From Podarcis tiliguerta (Eukaryota), in assembly GCA_965153285.1 (NCBI GenBank), contig OZ229118.1: a stretch of DNA of 64,000 bases; one strand, written 5' to 3'. Positions 52,061 to 64,000 of this stretch are shown piece after piece. Numbering within the stretch: position 1 is the stretch's first letter; the number at the start of each line of letters is the position of its first letter. Position numbers and translations under genes: made by a program. The notes under the pieces were generated by a model. It searched no databases. It had not been told where the DNA came from and saw only the letters and a program-made list of their open reading frames with translations.

Positions 52061-52665
52061 GTGGAGGAAACTGTCAATTTATGAAGAGCAAAACACAGTT
52101 CAGTCAGCACACACAAGAGCATTTCATGCTATCTAGTTATTTATTCAGTGTTTCCAAAAGCTTGTTTTCAGTTTTTGAATGGCAAAGCTGTCCAAAAGTA
52201 TAACTACTAAAAGTGAGGTTTTTAGTTCCCCACCCCCACTGAACATTAGTGATTTATTATAATTCATTATAAATATTTTTTCACATTCCAGTTATGCCAC
52301 AAAGACTTCATACTGAGCAAATTGCAAAGGGTCCAGTCCAGAAGCAATATTTAAATGAGTCCATTAGGAGCAGTGCTTGTTGGATTTCACCCCCCACAAG
52401 CAGAATGTTTTCCTTCCATCCATGTTGTTCTAATGTACTAGCCATGTCTAATAAAGTACCATACATTAATATCTAAATTTTAACCAGTTAAACCTCATGA
52501 GGCTGTATGTGATGTTTAAAGCCTTTCATTTTTGTTAATATTTTCAGACCCATTTTCTGGCTTTGTGGGAAAAGATGAACATACAGAGCAGGAAAACAGG
52601 TTTAATAGTTTTGATCAAAAAGAAGTAACAAGCTCTTGGTGTTGTGTTTTGTTTCTTTACCCAAG

Positions 52666-52820
52666 GAGTGGCAGTAGACAAAAATGGATTAATCTACTTT
52701 GTTGATGGGACTATGATCAGGAAAGTGGACCAGAATGGAATCATATCAACATTACTTGGCTCAAATGATCTGACTTCAGCTAGACCTTTAACATGTGATA
52801 CCAGCATGCACATCAGTCAG
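52666..52820 (+). CDS. TENM3: TENM3 exon, NHL ([15 protein letters not shown]...SMHISQ)
   Basis: Acceptor ttacccaag, donor TCAG|gtattt; 155 nt, phase 1-0. Confidence 0.95.
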
Positions 52821-52851
52821 GTATTTAAAAAAACAGATCTATTGGTTGTTT

Positions 52852-53210
52852 CAGGGGGATCATGATAGAAGTTTATAAAATCATGCGTGGCATAGAGAAA
52901 GTAGATAGAGGAAAGTTGTTCTCCCTCTCTCATAATACTAGAACTCACGAATATCCAGTGATGCTGAATGTTGGGAGATACAGGACAGATAAAAAGAAAG
53001 TATTTCTAAACGCAGCACATAGGTAAATTATGAAACTTCCTCCCACAGAAGGCTATGACTACAACTAACCGAGATTGCCTTAACAGAGGACTAAAATTAA
53101 TGGAGGAGAGGGCTATTGATAGCTATTTGTTAGCCATGATAGCTATGTTCTGCCTCCATGGTTGGAGGCAGCGATACTTCTTAATACCAGTTGCTGAACA
53201 CAGGAGGGGA
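52852..53210 (+). mobile_element. CR1 LINE 3' fragment
   Basis: Encodes [28 protein letters not shown] (CR1 ORF2 C-terminus); starts about 30 nt after an exon donor. Confidence 0.85.
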
Positions 53211-54748
53211 AAATGCTTGAAATCAGTACCATTGCAGACCCAGGGGCAGTGGAGCCAAGGCTGAGGGCATACACACAATAAAAACACAAGGCAGCGGTAT
53301 TGGGATTTAATCAGGCCACAACTTCTATTGATAACAGATGTCAGCAGCTTCTGGTGTAGGCCTTGGGTATGTATCCTGAAATCAACCAGTGTTACTGCTG
53401 TTTGATCAAGGTTAAGGGTCACCTTGCAATGTGCATCACATATAGGAGATTCCCATGATCACTGGTGAGGGAACACTATGGCCCATCAGCCCCCAAGATG
53501 GAAGTCTGGACATGTGGCACCCCAGGCTCCTTTAAGGAGATACTCCATGACAGCAGAGCAAGGAGGGCCATCCCCTCACCTCCCAGACTGATCAAACGTA
53601 ATGTATTATCCACCATGAAGTTATGTTGATTGCTCTGAAGCAGGCAAATCCCTGCAGACAGGCCTAATTAGTCTGCAGGGAGAATTCCTCGCTGGCCCCA
53701 AATATGGTAACCCATGTACTTCCATAGCAAGGTCCAGCAAGGCCATGCTTACTTTCCCTCAGGCAGCCCATTAAGCCACATTAATAAGGAACAGAGGGTG
53801 GAGAATCCAATGTTGACTGAGGCCTGAGCTTTTATGACCAGAAAGCTGACCAGGAGGAAGTACTCCCTCTGGTCCACTTGCTTGCAATTGGCTGCTGAAC
53901 CTTGCGAGCCTGTCCTAGCAGTCATTGTGGCGAGAGGAGACAGAAGCTTCCCCTCCTGCCATGCTGAAGCTGAGGGGAGGAAGTCGCACTCTGCCATGAC
54001 CGCACCAGGCCACAATGGCCTCTCTCCTCAGTGCTGAGGGGGAACGGGGACTTAATTCTGAGTAAACATTCATAGAAAGGGTCCTTTCAAACAGTTAAGA
54101 TATCATAAATGGGCTGTTTGTTTATGTATTTATGTATTTTTCAGATTTTTCCTGGGAAAGTGTAATTCCGGATTAGATGGCAATTTGATGACATGTATTG
54201 TATATATTGTAGCTCCAATCCTAGAATAAGCAGGTGTCTAGAAGCATCCTGAACTGTTTTTTATACTATATCTTCACGATAAGGAGCTTATTCTAAGAAC
54301 ATAAGTATCAGTATTATACACCTACTTTTACAATAAATTTTAGGGACAGTAGAGAAGACCATAATTATTTACAAGTGGTACAGTCATAAAATACAAGTGG
54401 AGCAGCAAATATATTAGAAAAGTATTGGCATTCTGATGTTTCTAATACCAACTTCTACTAATGCCTCTAGTCTACAGTTTTGAATTCTGTGATAAATTTT
54501 TTCAACATCAGATAACTTTTTCTATTGATTTCTATGGTTCCCCCAGCACTAAAGAGACTTGCTATTCTGATAGAAAAATAATAGCAAACATTAATCTGTG
54601 TCATATTGGAAAAGATCTTACCTTTATTTAGCATTGGCATATTTTATATTTAGAAATATATGATTTCTAAGTGCCAGATTCACCCAGAATTATAGTCATG
54701 ACTCAATCCCATTAAAACCAATGGAACAACTTAGCACAATTAACTTGT

Positions 54749-54836
54749 GCTGCAATCCTAACACCGCCTACCTGGGAGTAAGTCCCACTAAATTCAGTGT
54801 GGCTTACTTCTGAGTAGACATGGTTAGGATTCCACC
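54749..54836. repeat. Short palindromic MITE-like element (gctgcaatcct...aggattccac), nested in a second palindromic element bounded by agtcatgact
   Basis: Self-complementary ends and a gagtaagtcccac...gtggcttacttc core; related decayed copies at ~5591-5667, ~35060-35140, ~42230-42305 and ~61203-61657. Confidence 0.7.
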
Positions 54837-55152
54837 TTTAGTCATGACTAACATTAACTGAATCAGGACCGTTACAAACATGTGCTTTTGGACTTAATGA
54901 AATGTAAATAAAAATAATGTTTTTAGCATTCAGTTTTAGTGTTTCCAGCACTCCAGTTTCCCTGGTTCCATTCCCCCCTGCCCTTTATATTCACCCTAGG
55001 GGCAATAATTTAAACTACCGCATTTCCTTTTATATATGTAATTCTATGTAACTTCAGAAAAACTGTTTCAAAAGTGGCACTTGTTCAGTTAGAAAACTAT
55101 CTTTGCTAAAGATAATAATTGACTAATACAACACTTTTCCTTTTTTTAAAAG

Positions 55153-56027
55153 GTGCGTCTGGAGTGGCCAACGGATTTGGCTATCAATCCAATGGATAAC
55201 TCCATATATGTGTTAGATAACAACGTAGTTCTTCAGATTACTGAAAATCGGCAAGTCCGTATTGCTGCTGGGAGGCCAATGCATTGCCAAGTTCCTGGAG
55301 TGGAGTACACAGTGGGGAAACATGCTGTACAGACTACTTTAGAATCAGCCACAGCGATTGCTGTATCTTACAGTGGAGTGCTTTACATTACAGAAACCGA
55401 TGAAAAAAAGATTAACAGAATAAGACAAGTCACAACTGATGGAGAGATCTCATTAGTTGCTGGAATACCCTCTGAGTGTGATTGCAAAAATGATGTTAAC
55501 TGTGACTGCTACCAAAATGGTGATGGTTATGCTAAAGATGCCAAACTTAATGCCCCATCTTCTTTAGCTGCATCACCTGATGGAACGTTGTACATTGCTG
55601 ATCTTGGAAATATTCGGATACGAGCCGTGTCAAAGAACAAACCGTTGCTGACTTCAATGAATTTTTATGAAGTTGCCTCTCCAACCGATCAGGAACTCTA
55701 CATCTTTGATGTCAACGGCACCCATCAGTACACGATGAGTTTAGTCACAGGAGACTATCTGTACAATTTTAGCTACAGTAACGACAACGACATCACGGCT
55801 GTAACTGACAGCAATGGAAATACGCTTCGTATAAGGCGAGATCCCAACCGGATGCCAGTGAGGGTGGTATCTCCTGACAATCAAGTTATCTGGCTAACTA
55901 TAGGAACCAATGGATGTCTAAAAAGCATGACAGCCCAGGGGCAGGAGCTAGTCTTGTTTACCTATCATGGCAACAGTGGACTCCTAGCAACGAAAAGTGA
56001 TGAGACTGGATGGACAACTTTTTTTGA
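55153..56027 (+). CDS. TENM3: TENM3 exon, NHL end and start of YD shell (VRLEWPTDL...GWTTFF)
   Basis: Acceptor tttaaaag, donor TTGA|gtaagt; 875 nt, phase 0-2. No further TENM3 exon was recognised before 64000. Confidence 0.96.
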
Positions 56028-57000
56028 GTAAGTAACACAAAATCATATACTCTTTTTAGGAGGCATGCTTGGCTTCGTAGTATCACGAGGGGAAGAGAGG
56101 GAGGCTCATTTTGTCTGACAATTAGAAGAGTGCAATGTTGAATTAGCTATGGGGTCCTCTGCCTTGTCTTGGCATCCCCCCTTTGTCATATCTGCATTAT
56201 TTATTTTTCCAACTCTGTGCTACAAAGCTTGTTTGTAGCTCTTTTTCTTCTTGCCAGCTTGTTGACATTACATCAGGGTCATTAACATGGCACCCAAGGG
56301 TGCACCTGCAGAAGCCTTTGCCCACTAGGTCCCTTCCCCACCGAAGGGACCCCAACCGGATGGGGCCTGGCAAAAAACATTCCACTGTAGCCAATAGAGT
56401 AGGTTGCAGTGTGTGTAGCGGCCACGTCAGTTTCTTCAGTTTGCAAATGTACCCAGGGATTCAAAAGATTTTCTGACCCCTGAACTGTTTAGTAGTGTTC
56501 ATTGTGATCACTTCTGGCCACTCTCCATCTCATTAGAGGTGCAAGAGTAGCAGAAGCTGTTTAAGGGAAGTGAAGAGGAGCTGAACCGAAAATACTGAAT
56601 TCAAATAAAAGTAGCACCAAGTTGCACAAAACCGCTGGCATACAAAATGCATTTTTATAATGATTTACAAATGAAAGGATTATGATGGTAGGTTTAGTCC
56701 CAATGCATTAGTGCACACCTGATGTATTGTACTGCATGTTGTACATCATTGCATATCTTTCTCTTTTTCTGGCCCTGCCAAAAGCACGTAGAAACATAAT
56801 GATGAGAGATTATTCAGCCTGGGGCAATAAATGTACTTCTTATTCTTCAAGAGTTATAAATGTTTTTTCTGGTGCTGAACGGTAAAATCCCAAGTTAATA
56901 GCAAATGGGAATCCTTCTCCAGTGGGAATAAATATATAGCCGTTGGATATGTTAAGGTTATAAAAGATTTCATCAGTTTTGTTGGAAGCACCATATTTTT

Positions 57001-57002
<2 letters not shown>

Positions 57003-57040
<38 letters not shown>
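57003..57040. repeat. (GT)19 microsatellite
   Basis: Read directly from the sequence. Confidence 0.97.
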
Positions 57041-57043
<3 letters not shown>

Positions 57044-58158
57044 AAAACAACAAACCATTGCCGTAAGAATTAATGTGGAATTTGAAGTTCACCAAATCTG
57101 AAATTCCTGCACAATGTTGTCAAGACTAATTGAAGAAAAGTGGCCACTCTGAGGGCACAGGGCTGTATAAATGTTATGGTTCCATTAGAATGACCAACAA
57201 TGTTAAAAAAAAAGCTCAAAACTAAGGATACTTTTTCGTTAGCTTGTGGCTTTTCTGTTTAAATGATTTAAATCTGGTGTGCTTTGTTTATCGCATCCCA
57301 ATAAATAAGGTTTAATTGTTTTTATGTACCCAATAACCCTGTCTTCCAGCTTGTGAGTTGGACCAGGTGGGGAATGAAAGAGGGGGAAATGCATTTCCAG
57401 AACAAATGTGTCTGCTGAGGACAGCTGGCATCTTTAGCACACTGGCATTCATTCTGCCTGGTAGAGACCCCAGCGTTTTATTTCTAGCAGTAATTTCTCC
57501 TCGTGTTTCTTGTAGTTATTGTGTGGCTGTTTTAATCCCATTAGGGAAATAGCTGAGGACTTCTGAATGTACTTTAATGGCTTCTATGTGGCCTTTTAAA
57601 AGATTTTATTCAGTATCAAGTGGCTTATATGTCTGCCTTTTTTGAATCTTAGGGAGGATTTACAGCAGTGTGCTTCATGAACTGAATAATTACTTTCTGG
57701 TTGAAGAGCCATTTCAGTTGCCCAGCTTTGTTAAATATAGAACCTCTGGTCTGTGTGAGAGGGATGTTCAATTGCCTGCTGAAAGGCCCTGTTTGATGCC
57801 TTAGACCAGCCTCATAACCAGGCTGGTTCATTTCAGCCCATTAGGGTGATACAAAAATGGTAGCTTGCTAACCAGCCTTTGATCATGTCTGGCACTTAAT
57901 ACTGTAAGATGTGCTGGGGCAGATGGCAAAAAAACTACACTTCGTTGCCCTGCAGTATGTTAAAAGAAATGTCCCTAATCTTGGTGCTCCTTCATACTGC
58001 TTGCACTCTGGTTCTTCTGCCTTGTGAAGGATATGAATATTTCAGTTGCTTCTTTTCTTGTCAAGATACATAGAGTCACGGTCTTCGCCTTTCCTTGTAT
58101 TTTGCTGAGAAAAGCATTTCCCAAGAACATCATGTTCCTTCTAGATGGGGGCTTAATA

Positions 58159-58400
58159 CAGTGGTACCTCGGGTTAAATACTTAATTCGTTCCGGAGGTC
58201 CGTTCTTAACCTGAAACTGTTCTTAACCTGAAGCACCACTTTAGCTAATGGGGCCTCCTGCTGCTGCCGCGCCGCCAGAACACGATTTCTGTTCTCATCC
58301 TGAAGCAAAGTTCTTAACCCGAGGTACTATTTCTGGGTTAGCGGAGTCTGTAACCTGAAGCGTATGTAACCTGAAGCATAAGTAAGCCGAGGCACCACTG
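58159..58400. mobile_element. Tc1/pogo (Tigger-like) MITE
   Basis: TIRs CAGTGGTACCTCGGGTTA and TAAGCCGAGGCACCACTG, TA TSD, internal repeated taacctgaa motifs. Confidence 0.92.
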
Positions 58401-58840
58401 TACTGCAAAATGGGTCATTTAGACATCACAAATGTGTTGCTGGAAACAGGGTTTTTTATTTTTTAAGAAATGGATTTTCCATGGAAATGGTAAATCCAAA
58501 TTAAATTGGAGATGGGGTGAGATGCTCACCTGTGGATGTGTGGGCATGCAGATTCTGTGAAAACCTTCCAAGTTTGAGCAGCCCCAGCGTTCTGCTGCCA
58601 ACGGTGGCCAGCCCAATGCCTCCTGGGAAGCCCACAACCTGGACATGAAGACAGTTGTTATCTCCCGCTCTGTGCTTCATAGCAATTGGTATTTAGACAT
58701 TGGTTGGCATCCGTCTGCCTCAGGAGACAACGTGCACATGTGTTTAAAGTACATGACTTCTCCCAAAGAATTCTGGGAATTGTGGTAACTCTGAGGGGCA
58801 AGTTATAGTTCCCAAGATTCTTTTGCTTTAAATGTGCATT

Positions 58841-59001
58841 AAAGGTAAAGGTAAAGGTACCCCTGCCCGTACGGGCCAGTCTTGACAGACTCTAGGGTTG
58901 TGCGCCCATCTCACTCAAGAGGCCAGGGGCCAGCGCTGTCCGGAGACACTTCCGGGTCACGTGGCCAGCGTGACATCACTGCTCTGGCAAGCCAGAGCCG
59001 C
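58841..59001 (-). mobile_element. Sauria SINE (second subfamily), 5'-truncated, antisense
   Basis: (aaaggt)n tail; TSD aaatgtgcatt at 58830-58840 and 59002-59012; 3' region matches the 61238 copy. Confidence 0.9.
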
Positions 59002-60337
59002 AAATGTGCATTGGATCTGCTTTAAATGTATGGTGTGGCTCTGCTAAGAGGCTTACAGCTATCAGGTTTTGTAGCAGGCAGACCTGTTTTATTGTTTTAT
59101 CGCTCGATTGCCACCCTGGACTTCTTTGGGAGGAAAAGCAGAATGTAAATTTAATAAATAAAGAAAATAATTTAAAAAGACACAAACTGAGTGCACATTG
59201 TTTGCACATGCTGCCAGTAACTCATGGATCAATCATAGCTCTGGGCATTTTGTATATGCTGGCTTGGATCCTATGATATGTTAAGGAAGTTTCATGGAGG
59301 GAAACGTTTGGCCTGCTGCAGCTTCTGAAAAGCTTCTTTGGAGCAATGAGAGATGAGTTGGGTTGCTGGGGGAAGGCAGGGGGAATATTCCTTCCTTGAA
59401 GTTCCATATTAAGTTATTCAAGCCCAGTTTTGGGAGATTCCACCTTCCTCCACATTGATCAGGAAAGCTGTGTACACACCATTCATTTACCTGTCAAAGA
59501 ATCCTGGGAACCGTAGTTTATTAAGAATGCTGGGAATAACCATGAGAATAGCCGGGGGGGGGGGGGCAAAAAAGTTCAACAACTTTGGCCCTAACAAAAA
59601 TCCTGGCTATGCTCATGGAAATAACTACTGAAGTGTTCCCAGGAAGAGGGAAAGAGGAGATGAGTCTCTAACACAGTTGGAGAGGAGGGAAAGCGAAAAT
59701 TCATGGTATCTCTGAAAAGGCAGCGGAGGAGGATTTAAAGACAGATAATTAGTACTGATCATTGCTTATGTTCTGTCTGAACACTGGAGAAGTGGTTGAT
59801 TATAAGGCAGATACTACCCAGGAGCTTACTAACTTAGACAAATGGAAGGAGGGACTGCTGGGTAAAAGGAACTGTGGGGCTTGTGGGAGAACGCAGGGGA
59901 TGGAATTAGGTGGGGAAATCTAATTGTACAAAAAGATGGTTCTGAAAGGGCAATTTGCAGATGTCTGCCCAAAAGACTCTGTTGTTTAACAAATGGGTGT
60001 CTAGGAACTCAGCTATACAACTGCAAATAAAACATTTTAAATGTGTTGTAAAGTGCAGTATACAAATATGAGACTAGATGCGTTTTTTTATATGTGTGTA
60101 AATTCCACCTAGGTGGTGGTGAGATTTGCAGTACTTGTTGGATGAACCTCCTGAAACCTCTGGTTTCTCATATCTAATTAATAGGTGGTACAGTGTGGTT
60201 TTGATTTAAGTTAAAACCAGAGGAAGGTTGGTCATTTACATTCTAATGTGATCCCATATGAGCTGAATAGCAGGTTGGAGGCCACACCTTGCTTTATGCC
60301 AGTAGAGGTTTCTTGGCAAGAAACCTACAACTTAGAA

Positions 60338-60588
60338 CAGGGGTCAGCAAACTTTTTTAGCTGTGGGCCAGTCCACTGTCCCTCAGACCATGTGGTGGGC
60401 CAGACTATATTGGGGGGGGGGGGAATCAACTAATTCCTATGCCCCACAAATAACCCAGAGATGAATTTTAAATAAAAGGACACATTCTATTCATGTAAAA
60501 ACACGCTGATTCCCGGACCATCCGTGGGCTGGACTGAGAAGGCAATTGGGCCGCATCTGGCCCCCGGGCCTTAGGTTGCCTACCCCTG
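60338..60588. mobile_element. hAT-type MITE
   Basis: TIRs CAGGGGTCAGCAAACT and AGGTTGCCTACCCCTG; 8-bp flanks acttagaa/acaaagaa. Confidence 0.85.
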
Positions 60589-60592
60589 ACAA

Positions 60593-60735
60593 AGAATAAT
60601 AGAATTTGTTGAGTTGGAAGAGACTATGAGGGTCATCTAGTCCAACCTCCTGCAATGCAGAAAGCTTTTGAGCAAATGGGGCTCAAACCTACAATCCTGA
60701 GGTTAAGAGCCTAATGCTTTACCAACTGAGCTATC
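60593..60735 (-). mobile_element. Short tRNA-derived SINE with a CR1-type tail (Squam3-like)
   Basis: Minus strand: gatagctcagttggtaaagca... head followed by ggttggactagatgaccct...cttccaactc...attcta. Confidence 0.8.
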
Positions 60736-61237
60736 TCAGCCTGCCCTGTGCTGCAAGATCCTTAATAGCTCACCTTTTCATGCAAATTGAATCTTTTGCA
60801 CCCGAACACACACGGTGACAGAATCATGCTCTCCTTGAGCTAAAAAACATGCAAAACAAACACTTCTTTCAGGGAGGGAAATGAAGTGCACTGTTTGGTA
60901 TTGCTGATGTCGTTAAAGCTGTACTTTTTGGATGATTTCTCCCAGCAGCTGCATATAATCAAAATTATGCCAAAATGCCTGTACCTGTGACCCAGAATGA
61001 AAATAAAATACAAACTAAATGTTTGACTCCACATGAAAATTCAGTTTAAATATTTAGTCCACTGTAAGAGTCTTAGGAGACTGCCAACAAAGAAATGATA
61101 ATTCTACCATCTAAAACACTTCCATGAATTTATAAACATTTCAGCTTTAAAGAGTAATGTAAGCAGCGTAGTCAGCATAGGATTTTTGTAGCCACTTATT
61201 GACAACCCTTTGCATGTTTGCTGAGAAGTAAGTCCTA

Positions 61238-61598
61238 GGGACGCAGGTGGCGCTGTGGGTAAAACCTCAGTGCCTAGGACTTGCCGATCGCATGGTTGGC
61301 GGTTCGAATCCCCGCGGCGGGGTGCGCTCCCGTCGTTCGGTCCCAGTGCCTGCCAACCTAGCAGTTCGAAAGCACCTCCAGGTGCAAGTAGATAAATAGG
61401 GACTGCTTACCAGCGGGAAGGTAGACGGCGTTCCGTGTGCTGCGCTGGCTCGCCAGATGCAGCTTATCACACTGGCCACGTGACCTGAAAGTGTCTGCGG
61501 ACAGCGCTGGCTCCCGGCCTATAGAGTGAGATGAGCGCACAACCCTAGAGTCTGGCAAGACTGGCCCGAACGGGCAGGGGTACCTTTACCTTTTACTT
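61238..61598 (+). mobile_element. Sauria SINE (second subfamily), full length
   Basis: Head, B-box and tail present; TSD taagtccta at 61229-61237 and 61599-61607; inserted into the centre of a palindromic element. Confidence 0.93.
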
Positions 61599-64000
61599 TA
61601 AGTCCTATTGTGGCCAGTGGGGCTTACTTCCTGGTAAATACGTTTCGGATTGCAGCTGTTTTTCAAACAGTACCAAGGTTGATTGTGGCAAAACCTCCTT
61701 CATATGTCAGATGCAATCAACCATTGCAGCTTCTGCCCCCCCCCTTACCTTTCTCCTTACTCTGCCTTTCAGCCTCTCACTGTGCTGTACTTCTCTTCCC
61801 CACACCCTTCAGTTCCAAATATTCTCCAGGCTTTTTATCTCTGGCTGTGATCAGGTGCTTTTTTCCAGCTATGGCTCACCACAGACAGCTTCCCTTCATT
61901 TCACCTAGCTGGATAGCTAGTTAGCCTTGAACAAATACATGAATCAGTTTACTTCAATCAGCTCTATTCTGCAGCATTATATAACCGAAAACTTTCAAAG
62001 AGCATGAGAAAAGGACAACTGAGAAAGTTGTGCTCATTTTGCTGCAAAGGCCACCAAGCTCAGCTTTGGTTACTTCATGCTGCAGATGTTTCTGCTTCTG
62101 ACTCACAGCAAATTAAGCATTTGCATTATTACACCTCACCTGTGCAGATTTTTTTCTCTAACACACACGCACATAGGCCAAAAATGTGATACGTGAAAAA
62201 TTATGTTTGGTAGAGTAGATGCAATTAAATCTCTGATGGTTGGGTCATAATTCTACAAAGGAATATAAGCTATACAACAGTTGTAGGGGACTCTGGTGCT
62301 GCATTGGAGGTAGTGTTGCATTGAAACACCACACTCAGTGTAGAAAAGGTTTAGAAATACATCTTGCCTTACACGTTTTTACACATCTTGCCCATAACCA
62401 GTTATTTATTTGGAGTGTTTTGACCCCCTCTTCAGCCAAAGCAGCTTATGCACACACAATTAAAACAGGGCAAGCTTACCAACTAAAACACACAACACAA
62501 AAGGGGGTGGGAAGGTGACCAAAGAGGCTGAGGAGCAGGAGTGTCCAGTGGTGGGGGCCTCGGCAGGGGTCCAGCAATGCTCACCCCTGATGCCAGCCCT
62601 ATCAGGGAGACTGGGGCTTCTTCATTTGAATGTGGTATCCTACTCAATCTCTTTGATCTCTACTTGCAAAAGATTGTGATTTACAGTTGCAGCATCAGGA
62701 AGATGCCATAAGAAACTACACTACAGTCACATAACTTTCTTCCCACAGTGAGTGCATGGGAGAGTAATGTGTGACTGCAACTCTAACCAAGTTGAGTCTC
62801 CCCCACACAAAAAAGGTAACATCCAAACTGGTAGGGTTAGCCCTTTTTTGTGATGTCTGAGTTCTCTAGGTATTTCCTTTTCTCAGATAAGGAATTTCTT
62901 GGCAGTCAGTTGAGGTTCGCCCAAAAGACTCACTATAAGTTTGATCCAAAGAGTTGGTGATAAGTTAAAACACACAATTACTTATTAAATTTTCAGATAA
63001 AGCTTTCAAAGACTAGACACTGACACTGTTGTAACTGCTCTGTGGAGTTCTGCTATGAAATACAATACCCTCCCTTGAACTGTGGGACATCCTGAAACCT
63101 TAATAGTTGGTTTTTTAAAAATCACTGTAACTTTCATCCACAAACTTTTAGCACTTGGCTGCTCTTGAAAGGATCTGAGCACAATTATAAAGCCTCCGTT
63201 ATAAATGCAGAGGACTTGGGTATTTTTCTGGCATGCAGAAATCTCCAGGGTGTCATAATGCCAGAATAGTAACACTGCCAAGGGTATGATCAACAGAATC
63301 GTCCCTTTCAATATATCAGAGGAATGTGCCAGAGGGAATTCATCTGAAAAGGCTTCAGGGCTTTGAAATGCACTTTTTGCCTCCAGTCTGAAATATTGTG
63401 GATTTCTTTCTTTCTTTCCAGGGCACATTTTGAACATTTCATTTGAACCTCACAATTCAGGAATGCTGGGGAAAACGTAGGAGGACGCTTTGTGAGACAG
63501 TATTTGTACTTGGGATTCTTGATTAGTCATAGGAATAGGGTATGAGAGATTTGCATTTTATTGGTAATCCTCAATAAAATCACAACCAATGGCATTGCTG
63601 GATCCTAACTTGAAGGCAACAGCTTTGATTTTACAGCTCCAGGGCAATGACTATAGGAATAGCATCACTTGATGCTGCTCTGTCTGCTTCATACACCTGC
63701 TGTGGGGCAAAACTGGCTCTCTTCGTGACTGCAGGCAAAGGAAGTGGAGGGCAGGTTGTCAGAAGTGGCAGAGAAAACTCACTCTCTGGGTGGTGTCTCT
63801 TCAGGCACTCAGTCTTGGATAGGAGGTGGCAACCTTCCCTCCTAGTGCTTTCTTATTACATTATTTTACAGTAAGATGGTCATTATGGGATAATTATTTA
63901 ATAACAAATTGCTATTATTATCCACTTGATTGCAAATGCACATTTTTAGTATGCTGGCGTGGCAAGGTAATATATGTCATTTAGCAGCTCTGATTGATTG

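Larger units (their letters stand above)
2936..56027 (+). other. TENM3: Teneurin-3 gene, internal portion (15 constitutive exons plus microexons; gene extends beyond both window ends)
   Basis: The spliced exon chain keeps one open frame with consistent intron phases. The translation matches teneurin-3 peptides as I recall them ([77 protein letters not shown]). Confidence 0.97.

Noticed and set aside
53400-54040. GC-richer block that may be a decayed retroelement
   Set aside because: I could not identify diagnostic motifs or termini, so no family call is supportable.
60660-60735. tRNA-like sequence on the minus strand (also the SINE heads at 7637, 46708, 61238)
   Set aside because: Degenerate cloverleaf fused to LINE-type tails; these are SINE heads, not tRNA genes.
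1985-63874. The many 60-180 aa ORFs in the track outside TENM3 exons
   Set aside because: No recognisable domains; they are random intronic frames, antisense frames of exons, or repeat-derived. Start codons and C-terminal tails of exon-overlapping ORFs are intron read-through.
1-64000. Prokaryote-type systems (CRISPR, operons, toxin loci), prompted by the bacterial-toxin-like YD ancestry of teneurins
   Set aside because: The sequence is an intron-rich vertebrate locus; the bulk of the YD shell and the toxin-like C-terminus lie downstream of this window.

Overview
Vertebrate genomic DNA, almost certainly a squamate and probably a lacertid lizard (inferred from its Sauria/Squam-type SINEs). 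The whole window lies inside one + strand gene, teneurin-3 (TENM3). I traced 15 constitutive coding exons by splice signals and phase continuity (2936-56027). They encode the pre-EGF region, EGF1-8, Cys-rich, TTR-like, FN-plug and NHL beta-propeller domains and the start of the YD shell; the 5' and 3' ends of the gene are outside the window. The ORF track does not resolve the alternatively spliced teneurin microexons, but they are visible by eye: AHYLDKIVK (22792-22818) and (A)DKIGYK (24749/24752-24769) at splice site A, and RNKDFRH (45688-45708) at splice site B. The most interesting observations are two further frame-preserving microexon candidates that I do not recognise from described isoforms: ALDKKDH at site A (18735-18755), which resembles the other two site-A exons, and SLSV at site B (46060-46071), followed by a dense YCAY cluster. 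Also notable are a candidate poison microexon in a GC-AG intron, a (GT)12/(AC)16 hairpin in a short intron, a tandem SINE insertion with a triplicated target site, and a TSD-flanked insertion with an internal inverted repeat. Introns carry SINEs, L2/CR1 fragments, Tc1/pogo and hAT MITEs, microsatellites and a 260-N gap. Most ORFs in the supplied track are spurious. All new exon calls are sequence-only predictions and need RNA evidence.
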